64,000 nt of DNA, from NCBI GenBank assembly GCA_963823495.1, contig CAWGLV010000001.1:835878-899877 (forward strand). Reading direction: 5' to 3'. The notes under the pieces were generated by a model. It was not told where the DNA came from, did no database searches, and saw only the letters and a list, made by a program, of their open reading frames with translations. The translations under genes and the position numbers were made by a program. This document shows positions 44,261-51,662 of this stretch, one piece after another (position 1 is the stretch's first letter; every line of letters begins with the position of its first letter). This DNA comes from an uncultured Microthrixaceae bacterium (lineage in GTDB: Bacteria; Actinomycetota; Acidimicrobiia; Acidimicrobiales; DATDAH01).

Positions 44261-46741
44261 CTAACGCGGGTTGAGGGGCTCGGGAGGTTCGACGCCGGGA
44301 GCGTGGGTGGGGCCTTCCAGCAGTGGCGTCGTGGGCCTGATCAGGCCGCGGGTGACCCAGCCCCGCTTCTCGGCCCAGATCAGCATCGGGGGCAGGACGA
44401 CGAGGGCGCTGACCAGGGCCACGGTGACGTTCATCCCGACGACCCGCCCGAAGTCCCGGAGCAGTGGGAGTGACGAGAGCGAGAGCACCGCTACCCCGGC
44501 GATGCCCGTCAGCGCCGACACGATGAACGCTCGGCCGGTGCGCGCCGCGGCCACGTCGGCGGACTCCCTCGGGTCCAGGCCCCGGTTCCGCTCCTCGACG
44601 AAGCGGAGGAGGATGAGGGAGGTGAACTCGGTGCAGATGGCGATGACCAGGGGACCACCGACGGCGGTCATCGGGCTGAGCTTGAGGTCGAGGCCGTAGG
44701 CCACCAGCGACGACACGCCCACCGCGATGAGCACCGGCACCAGCGACAGCAGGGACCGGATGATCGAGCGCAGTCGGAACATCAGGAAGATGCCGACGAA
44801 GGCGATGGACAGGTACGTGAGCAGGACCCGGTTGGCCTCGAGGTTGTCGAGCAGCCCGACACCCACGACCGCCAGCCCGGAGGGCGTGGCGCTGATGCCG
44901 TCGGGGATCGGGGTGTCGTCCCGGAGCTCCCGCACCACGACGGCGCGCTCCTCGAGGGACTTGGGGGCGGCCTGGAAGATCATGTTGAAGGCGGTGCCGT
45001 CGTCGCTGACCGTCGAGGCCTGGATGTCGGCCGGCGCGGCCTCGAAAGCGGCCCGGACCTCGGCCCCGGTGGGTGACACGTCACTGGCGCCGGGGACGAT
45101 CAGCAGGCCACCCACGGCGGCCTCGATGCTCGACGCGGTGAGGAACTGGTCGTCGTACTGGGCGAGCGCCTCGTTCTGGTAGTCGTGGGCGAACTGGGTG
45201 AAATCGTCGGAGAAGACGTCGTCGGCCCGGGCGTAGACGCCGAGCTCGCTCGAACTGCCGACCTGGGCCTCGACCTCCCGGATGTCGAGGATGGTGCCGG
45301 ACTCCTGGTTGACCCACTGGATCGGGTCGGTCTGCAGCACGAGCTCGTCCTCGACGGACAGGCCTCCGAAGAAGATCAGCAGGCTGATCACCGCCAGAGG
45401 GGGGGCCAGCTTCGGCGACAGGGAACCGAGTCGGACCACGAAGCGGCCGAGGGCGCCCTCGCTGAAGTCGCCGCCCTTGGTCGGCGAACGGAACTCGCGG
45501 GCACCGAGCGCGGCCAGGGGCATGAAGATCGACACGAAGCAGATGACCACGATGCCCACGGCGAGCAGGAGGCCGAACTGACGGATCATGGGCACCTTGG
45601 CGAAGCGCAGGGCCGCGAAGGCGAACACCGCATCGAAGGTGACCACGAGCAGGGCGGGGCCCAGGCCCCGGGCGGTCTCCTGGATCGGGTGCTCGGCCCG
45701 GTCGAGGATCACCTCCTCCTCCACCCGGGAGTGCATCTGGATCGCGTAGTCGATGCCGACGCCCAGCAGCACCGGGAGCCCGGCGATGGTGACGATCGTC
45801 AGCGGGATGCCGAGGTACCCGGCCACGCCGAAGGCCCAGGTCACCCCGACCAGGATCACCGCCATCGGCAGGAGCCGCCAGCGGACGTTGAAGAAGACCA
45901 GCAGGATCAGGACCATGATCGCCACGGCGATCCCGCCGAGGGTGAGCATCCCGCCCCGGAGGTAGTCGTTGATGTCCCGCAACAGCACGGGGGCCCCGGT
46001 CGTCACCGTCTCGGCATTCGGGAAGGAGAGCTGTGTCGCCGCCTCCTCGACGAGGGCGGCGTCGGCCCCTTCGTCCTCCAGGGACAGGTTGCCCTTCAGT
46101 CGGACGATGACCTGGGCGTGCTCGGTGTCGGGGAAGAACGGGCGGAGGGAGATCCGGATCTCGCCCTGGTTGTCGAAGAGCAGGAACCGGACCCATTCGG
46201 GGTTGTCGAGGGTCCGCGCGTCCTCGGGAACGGCTTCGAGTCGCTCGAGGGTGGTCGAGGCGTCGGCAAAGCGGGCCTCGGCCTCGGGTGAGCCGGGGGC
46301 CTCGGACTCGAGCGCCCTCTGCAGCGCCGCGCCGGCGATGCTGTCGGTCGGCCCCCCTCCGGGAGGAGCCTCCACCAGGGCGTTGTCGAACTCCAGCGCG
46401 GTGAGGGGGGTGATGACGCCCTGGAACCTGCCGGTCTCGGTCAGCGTGTCGTGGAACCGGGTGAACTGGTCGATGCCCTCCGGGGTGAAGAGCTCGTCGA
46501 CGGTGTGGCCCTCGTCCATCGTGATCACGGTCAACATGGCCTGGCCCCCGAAGAGGTCCTGGTAGGCGACGCTGTCCTCGTACACCTCGTCGGACTTGTT
46601 GAGGTAGCTGTCCTGGCCGGTGGCGAACTCGAGTCGGGTGATCCCGTAGCCGAGGACCAGGGTGACGATGAGGCCGATCACCGACACCACGCCGGCGTGC
46701 TTGCCCAACACGACGGCGAGTCGCGACCAGAACCGCTCCAT
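44261..46741 (-). CDS. MMPL/RND-superfamily transporter
   Basis: 826 aa with two 6-TM bundles (GIDYAIQMHSR motif) and large extracytoplasmic loops. Confidence 0.85.
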   Translation of the reverse strand: MERFWSRLAVVLGKHAGVVSVIGLIVTLVLGYGITRLEFATGQDSYLNKSDEVYEDSVAYQDLFGGQAMLTVITMDEGHTVDELFTPEGIDQFTRFHDTLTETGRFQGVITPLTALEFDNALVEAPPGGGPTDSIAGAALQRALESEAPGSPEAEARFADASTTLERLEAVPEDARTLDNPEWVRFLLFDNQGEIRISLRPFFPDTEHAQVIVRLKGNLSLEDEGADAALVEEAATQLSFPNAETVTTGAPVLLRDINDYLRGGMLTLGGIAVAIMVLILLVFFNVRWRLLPMAVILVGVTWAFGVAGYLGIPLTIVTIAGLPVLLGVGIDYAIQMHSRVEEEVILDRAEHPIQETARGLGPALLVVTFDAVFAFAALRFAKVPMIRQFGLLLAVGIVVICFVSIFMPLAALGAREFRSPTKGGDFSEGALGRFVVRLGSLSPKLAPPLAVISLLIFFGGLSVEDELVLQTDPIQWVNQESGTILDIREVEAQVGSSSELGVYARADDVFSDDFTQFAHDYQNEALAQYDDQFLTASSIEAAVGGLLIVPGASDVSPTGAEVRAAFEAAPADIQASTVSDDGTAFNMIFQAAPKSLEERAVVVRELRDDTPIPDGISATPSGLAVVGVGLLDNLEANRVLLTYLSIAFVGIFLMFRLRSIIRSLLSLVPVLIAVGVSSLVAYGLDLKLSPMTAVGGPLVIAICTEFTSLILLRFVEERNRGLDPRESADVAAARTGRAFIVSALTGIAGVAVLSLSSLPLLRDFGRVVGMNVTVALVSALVVLPPMLIWAEKRGWVTRGLIRPTTPLLEGPTHAPGVEPPEPLNPR

Positions 46742-46848
46742 CGATCCCTCCGGGATGTGGCCGGACCACCGACGGGTCCCCCTCGCCGTGGGATCCTAGG
46801 CGGGGCCCTCCGCCGGCCGGAAGCGGGCCGGGGCTCGGAGGCCGGGCG

Positions 46849-47895
46849 TCAGCCCGTCAAGGGATGGTCCTGGAAGAAGGCCCACAGGACCTCGTTGGCC
46901 GGCAGCGTGAGGTCCACGGCGCCGACGATGTCCTCGATGGCGGTGTCAAAGGTGCTGCCCGGCCACGTGTGGCCGCCACCGTTGACCCGGTAGAGCTCCA
47001 CCTCGCAGCCGTAGTCGAGTCGGTCGACGGTCTCGGAGATCGCGGTGGTGACCGGTTCGGCGTCCGGGCACCCGTTACCCGCGGCCCAAGCCGCGGCGCT
47101 GGCCTCGGCTCCCGGGAGCAGGTCGTCCACCAGGGCGAGCTCGTCGTCATCGAGGTCGCCGAGGGTCCCGTCGGAGCCGTCGAAGGTCGGGAGCCCTGAG
47201 GAACCGCCGCCGAGGCCGCCGTCATAGGCCAGCACGGGGTCGTCGGTGCCGTGGAAGATGATCGCCGGGACGGGGCGGCTGCGGTCACACGGCTCGATCA
47301 CTCCGATGCCGCCGACGGGGGCGGCCGAGGCGATCCGGTCCGACAGCCGGCAGCCGATCAGGCTGGTCATGAACCCACCCATCGACAGGCCCGTGGCGTG
47401 GACCCGGCGACGGTCGATGCAGAGGTCGCCCTCGACCTGGTCGAGGAGGTCGGCGACGAAGGTGACGTCCTCGTCACCCCCCAGATCCCACCGGTCGGGT
47501 TCCCGCCCCGAGTCCGGCGTCACCGTGACGAACCCCTGCGTCTCCCCGAAGGGCCCCAGCTCGGTGTGCACCGCGTGGATCCCGCTGCCCTCGAGGAGCC
47601 CGTGGAAGTCGAGCACCAGGGGCAGGGGTGTGACGCCGTCGTGGTCCGACGGGACGTACTGGAGGTAGGTCCGCTCGGTGTCTTCGGAGGCGAGGTGCTG
47701 CTCGCTCTCGCCGGGGGCGACGTCCACCGCGGTCCCGCATCCCGGCGACGGGTCGGCGGGTGCCGACGCCGGATCGACGGGCCCGGTGGTCGAGGCCGGA
47801 GCGGCGGTGGCACCGGGCGCCGAGGACTCGGTGGCGTCGGCGCAGGCGCTCAGCAGAAGGCCGCCCGCCAGGAGGATCAGCAGGCTGGGCCTCAA
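46849..47895 (-). CDS. Lipoprotein esterase (PHB depolymerase / LpqC-like alpha/beta hydrolase)
   Basis: 348 aa. The lipobox is LLLSAC, PLPLVLDFHG is family-typical, and the nucleophile elbow is GLSMGG. Confidence 0.8.
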   Translation of the reverse strand: MRPSLLILLAGGLLLSACADATESSAPGATAAPASTTGPVDPASAPADPSPGCGTAVDVAPGESEQHLASEDTERTYLQYVPSDHDGVTPLPLVLDFHGLLEGSGIHAVHTELGPFGETQGFVTVTPDSGREPDRWDLGGDEDVTFVADLLDQVEGDLCIDRRRVHATGLSMGGFMTSLIGCRLSDRIASAAPVGGIGVIEPCDRSRPVPAIIFHGTDDPVLAYDGGLGGGSSGLPTFDGSDGTLGDLDDDELALVDDLLPGAEASAAAWAAGNGCPDAEPVTTAISETVDRLDYGCEVELYRVNGGGHTWPGSTFDTAIEDIVGAVDLTLPANEVLWAFFQDHPLTG

Positions 47896-48266
47896 CCCAT
47901 CTGGCTCATGAACTGGTTGAGGTCGAAGTAGTCCCGCCAGGCGGTGATCCTGCCTTCGGCGTCGACCTCGAAGGTGCCCATGACCGGCAGGGCGATGGTG
48001 TTGTCGGGGAAGAAGAAGGTGTCGATGCGCTCGGTGAGGACCGTCGAGCCCGTCGCGGCGATGGCCAGCGTCTCGAAGGTCACCTTGTCCACTCCTGCGG
48101 TGAAGCCCTCGATGGTCGCCCGGATGTCCTCGATCCCGGTGACGGGGTCCAGAGGGATGTTGTGGTACACGCAGTCCTCGGCCAGGAGCGCCAGCGCCCC
48201 GTCGATCTTGTCCGGCGTGCCCCAGGCATCACAGAACGCCTGCACCACCTCGATCGGCTCAGCCAC
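47892..48266 (-). CDS. SnoaL-like / limonene-1,2-epoxide hydrolase-like NTF2-fold protein
   Basis: 124 aa, MAEPIEVVQAFCDAWG...ITAWRDYFD. It overlaps the downstream gene by 4 nt. Confidence 0.8.
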   Translation of the reverse strand: MAEPIEVVQAFCDAWGTPDKIDGALALLAEDCVYHNIPLDPVTGIEDIRATIEGFTAGVDKVTFETLAIAATGSTVLTERIDTFFFPDNTIALPVMGTFEVDAEGRITAWRDYFDLNQFMSQMG

Positions 48267-48308
48267 ATCTCCCCCTCGCGTTCGTCGACGGCGGTGACGG
48301 TACCGCCG

Positions 48309-48674
48309 TCAGCCCAGGGCGGCGAAGGCCGGGCCCCAGTCGGTGACGGGACCGAACAGGGCGAGCCCCTCGAGGTGGGGGGCGGTGTCGCCGAAGGCCT
48401 GGACGGCGGTGAAGCGGCAGGTCTGGATGAGCTCGGGGCCGATCTCGGTGAAGACGGAGCCGGCCGCGTGGGCCTGGACGGCTTCGGTCGAGACGTAGGC
48501 CTCGTAGAGCCGGCCCTGCCCGGTCGCCTCGTCGAGGTACCAGTCGTAGACGAGCGTTCCCGGCTCGTCCCGACTGATGTCCACACAGCGCTGCACCAGC
48601 GCCTTGAACCTCTCGATGTCGCTGACCTCGATGTCGAGCACGAACCGCACTTCCTCGTCTGCTCCCGAACGCAT
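48309..48674 (-). CDS. Antibiotic-biosynthesis-monooxygenase (ABM) domain protein
   Basis: ATG at residue 83 of track ORF 48309..48920. VRFVLDIEVSDIERFKALVQRCVDISRDEPGTLVYDWYLDE...LYEAY is ABM-like. Confidence 0.75.
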   Translation of the reverse strand: MRSGADEEVRFVLDIEVSDIERFKALVQRCVDISRDEPGTLVYDWYLDEATGQGRLYEAYVSTEAVQAHAAGSVFTEIGPELIQTCRFTAVQAFGDTAPHLEGLALFGPVTDWGPAFAALG

Positions 48675-48714
48675 GGGCGGGACCGTAGCGGCGAGGGTCG
48701 GTACCGTCCCGCGG

Positions 48715-49977
48715 ATGGAGGTGGACCAGGGCTCGACGGCGGCGTGGCTCGCCTCCGGCGTCGCCGGGCTGACCGGGCGAGCCGACGGGCCGGCCCTGTT
48801 GCCTTCAGCCGCCACGGCCGACGCGATCACCGCGCTGGTGGCGGGCGCCCCGGTCGAGGAGCCCCTGGTCCTGCTGGGGGAGCGGGTCGCCATGGCCGGC
48901 CACACCCGGGCGGGCAGCACGAGCTGCGGTGGCTCGGCCCGGCTCCTTCCTGCCGGGGACGGCTGGGTGGCGGTGAACCTGGCCCGGCCCGACGACCTGG
49001 ACCTGCTCCCCGCCTGGCTGGGACTCGGCGATCCGGGTCCCGACCCGTGGCCGGTGGTGGCCGAAGCGCTCTGCGCCCGGTCGAGCCACGACCTCGTCGC
49101 GGGTGCGTGCGAGCTCGGCCTGCCGGTCTCCCGCGTGGGTGAGGCGGCCGCACCGGTTCTGGCGCCTCATTCGGGCGCCATGACGCCGCAATCGGGCGCC
49201 AGTTCGGCTCGGCCGTCGGCGGCGGGCCCCGGGGGCGGGTCGGGGGTCCTCACTTCCCCCATCGCCGATCGGGAGCCACTCCGTGGACCGCCACTGGTCG
49301 TCGACCTCAGCTCCCTGTGGGCCGGCCCGCTGTGCAGCCACCTGCTGGGCTGTGGCGGGGCGCGGGTCGTGAAGGTGGAGTCGACCCGCCGGCCTGATGG
49401 CGCCCGGGCCGACGAGACCGGTTTCTTCGACCTGCTCAACCATGGCAAGCAGTCCGTGGCGCTGGATCTGCCGTCGACGGTCGGCCTCGCCCGCCTGCGG
49501 GCACTACTGGCGGCGGCCGATGTCGTCATCGAAGGATCCCGTCCCCGGGCGTTGGGGCAGTGGGGAATCGAGGCCGAGGCCTTCCTCCGTCGCGACCCCG
49601 GGCCCCGTGTCTGGGTGTCGATCACGGGGCACGGCCGCTCCGGCCCCGCCGCCCACCGTGTGGGCTTCGGCGACGACGCGGCGGCGGCCGGCGGGCTCGT
49701 GGTGTCCGACGCCGACGGCCCCTGTTTCCTGGCCGATGCCGTGGCCGACCCTCTCACCGGCGCCGCGGCGGCGGCCGCCACGACCGACGCGCTCGCCGAC
49801 GGTGGGACCTGGCTGCTCGACGCGGCCCTGGCCCGCGTGGCGGCCTCGGTGGTCCGACCGGGCCCGTCCATCGCGGTGGACGGACCGGTGTCTGCGCCCC
49901 GCGCCCGGCCGGTCGTCGGCCGGGCCCGCCCGCTGGGCGCCGACACCGCGACCGCCCTCGCCGACCTGGCGTCGTGA
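48715..49977 (+). CDS. Atypical family III CoA-transferase-like protein with permuted domain order; contains repeat copy C in-frame
   Basis: ATG at residue 47 of track ORF 48577..49977. The N-terminal third resembles the CaiB small domain (PAGDGWVAVNLARPDDLDLLPAWLGL...GLPVSRV). After a Gly/Ser/Pro linker comes a typical CaiB N-terminus (PLRGPPLVVDLSSLWAGPLCSHLLGCGGARVVKVESTRRPDGAR...VWVSITGHG). The start and the single-gene status are uncertain. Confidence 0.6.
   Translation: MEVDQGSTAAWLASGVAGLTGRADGPALLPSAATADAITALVAGAPVEEPLVLLGERVAMAGHTRAGSTSCGGSARLLPAGDGWVAVNLARPDDLDLLPAWLGLGDPGPDPWPVVAEALCARSSHDLVAGACELGLPVSRVGEAAAPVLAPHSGAMTPQSGASSARPSAAGPGGGSGVLTSPIADREPLRGPPLVVDLSSLWAGPLCSHLLGCGGARVVKVESTRRPDGARADETGFFDLLNHGKQSVALDLPSTVGLARLRALLAAADVVIEGSRPRALGQWGIEAEAFLRRDPGPRVWVSITGHGRSGPAAHRVGFGDDAAAAGGLVVSDADGPCFLADAVADPLTGAAAAAATTDALADGGTWLLDAALARVAASVVRPGPSIAVDGPVSAPRARPVVGRARPLGADTATALADLAS
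49155..49206 (-). repeat. 52-nt palindromic element, type 1, copy C (inverted orientation, inside an ORF)
   Basis: The reverse complement reads CGAACTGGCGCC CGATTGCGGCGTCATGGCGCCCGAATGA GGCGCCAGAACC. Its left arm and the GATTGCGGCGTCA core are identical to copy B. Confidence 0.75.
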
Positions 49978-49995
49978 TCTCCGCCCCTCGGCCTC

Positions 49996-50047
49996 TCTCC
50001 TGGCACCGGATTCCCGGGTCAGGGGAGGGGGACCCGGTGCCAGAACG
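49996..50047 (+). repeat. 52-nt palindromic intergenic element, type 1, diverged copy F
   Basis: TCTCCTGGCACCGG...CCGGTGCCAGAACG. It has the same length as copy A, and 32 of 52 positions are identical by hand alignment. The arm change G10>A is matched by C43>T. It lies between the stop at 49977 and the start at 50063. Confidence 0.55.
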
Positions 50048-50062
50048 GCGGAGCGGGTCGTC

Positions 50063-51427
50063 ATGAGCGCGCTCGTGATCCGGGGTGGCGAGGTCGACGG
50101 CGCGCCGGCGGACGTGCTCCTGCGCGACGGCCGGATCGACGCCGTGGGTCCGGGGCTCCGTCCGGACGGGCCCCACGACGTCCTCGAGGTGGTGGGCCGG
50201 GCGGTGCTGCCCGGGCTCCATGACCACCACCTCCACCTCCTGGCCATGGCGGCCGCGGCGGGGTCCGTCGATCTCTCACCGCCGGCTTCGGTCGAGGAGG
50301 CGATTCGCCGGGCCGCGATGGCGACCCGGCCGGGAAGGTGGGTGCGGGCGACGGGGTTCGTGCCCGCAGACCTCGACCTGGACCGGATCCGGCTCGACGG
50401 GTGGGCCGGCACCGTTCCCGTGCGGGTCCAGGACGCGTCGGGCGCCCTCTGGGTGCTGAACTCCGCGGCCATCGCGGCGGTCACCGCCGCGGGCGTCGAT
50501 CTGGCCGACGACGAGCGGGAGCGCGGCTGGGTCTTCCGGGGCGACGAGCGGCTGGCCGGGACCTGGCCCGAGCCGGACCTCCACCTGGTCGAGGTCGGCC
50601 GGGACCTGACCGCCCATGGGGTCACCGGGGTCACCGACGCCACACCTTTCGCCGACCCGGGCGGACCGGCCCGCCTGGCCGCCGCCGTCGCCGACGGGTC
50701 GATCCCGCAGCGGGTCGTGATCACGGGCGCCCCGGGTCTGACCCCTGAGGACGACCTCCCTCGGGGCCCGGCCAAGGTCGTCATCGGGGATCACGACCTG
50801 CCATCGCTCGCCGATCTGGCCACCGCGATCGACCGGGCGCACCGCGACGGGCGGCCGGTTGCGGTCCATTGCGTCACGGCCGGCGCCTTGGCGCTCCTGC
50901 TGGCGGCCTGGGCCGAAGTGGGGATCCGGCCCGGTGACCGGGTGGAGCACGGGTCGGTCATCCCGGTGAGCGCGATCCCGACGCTGGCCGACCTCGGCAT
51001 CACCGTCGTCACCCAGCCGGGCCTCCTCCGCGCACGGGGCGACCGCTACCTGACCGACGTCGACCCCGTGGACCTTCCCGATCTCTGGCGCTGTGGCTCC
51101 CTGCTCGAGCGCGGCGTCAGGGTCGGCGGGGGGACCGACGCCCCCTACGGCCCCGCCGACCCGTGGCGGGCCATGGCCGCCGCCACCGACCGTCGGACCC
51201 CGTCCGGTGCGCTGCTCGGCGGGCAGGAGCGGGTCGCCGCCGGCCGGGCCCTGGACCTGTTCCTCGGCCCGGTGGACGCACCCGGCGGCCCACCTCGCCG
51301 GATCGAGGTCGGCGCCCCCGCCGATCTCTGCGTCCTCGACCGACCGCTGGCCGATGCCCTCGAGGACCTGGCCGCGACCCGGGTCACCGCCACCTTCGTC
51401 GACGGTCGCCTCGTCGGGCCGGGCTGA
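50063..51427 (+). CDS. Amidohydrolase family metallo-hydrolase
   Basis: ATG at residue 223 of track ORF 49397..51427 (MSALVIRGGEVDG...). LPGLHDHHLHLL is the metal-binding HxH motif, and GGTDAPYGP is in the C-terminal part. Confidence 0.85.
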   Translation: MSALVIRGGEVDGAPADVLLRDGRIDAVGPGLRPDGPHDVLEVVGRAVLPGLHDHHLHLLAMAAAAGSVDLSPPASVEEAIRRAAMATRPGRWVRATGFVPADLDLDRIRLDGWAGTVPVRVQDASGALWVLNSAAIAAVTAAGVDLADDERERGWVFRGDERLAGTWPEPDLHLVEVGRDLTAHGVTGVTDATPFADPGGPARLAAAVADGSIPQRVVITGAPGLTPEDDLPRGPAKVVIGDHDLPSLADLATAIDRAHRDGRPVAVHCVTAGALALLLAAWAEVGIRPGDRVEHGSVIPVSAIPTLADLGITVVTQPGLLRARGDRYLTDVDPVDLPDLWRCGSLLERGVRVGGGTDAPYGPADPWRAMAAATDRRTPSGALLGGQERVAAGRALDLFLGPVDAPGGPPRRIEVGAPADLCVLDRPLADALEDLAATRVTATFVDGRLVGPG

Positions 51428-51456
51428 ATCGGATTCCGTCGCGCGTGCGTCGATGT

Positions 51457-51507
51457 CGAAATTGCGTTCGTTCTGGTTGCTGGATGACCGTAACCAACGC
51501 AATTCCG
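51457..51507. repeat. 51-nt palindromic intergenic element, type 2, copy G
   Basis: CGAAATTGCGTTCGTTCTGGTTGC...GTAACCAACGCAATTCCG. The left arm matches the reverse complement of copy E's right arm at 20 of 21 positions. The right arm is degenerate. It begins 29 nt after the amidohydrolase stop. Confidence 0.6.
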
Positions 51508-51662
51508 GTCGGGCCGCCGCCGACCGGCCGGCACCGGAGGCGGTTGGCCGCGGGACCCGCCCCGTGGTCGCCTCGGTGTCACCTCCGGGAACCCGTGAGG
51601 GGAGAGGGCTAGCCTGTGGCGACCACCGGGGGGTGGTGAGAACGGCATCGGGGGGGAACCCA

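Noticed and set aside
22239-51507. Whether the seven palindromic repeats could be a degenerate CRISPR array or the ends of a mobile element.
   Set aside because: The copies are tens of kb apart, not regularly spaced, and each is individually palindromic. No cas, transposase or integrase gene, target-site duplication or compositional island is visible in the window. They fit REP/MITE-like elements better.
51428-51662. Possible known riboswitch (metal- or guanidine-type) in the long leader.
   Set aside because: I could not match the conserved cores of any class I know. It is kept only as an unclassified hairpin candidate in the findings.
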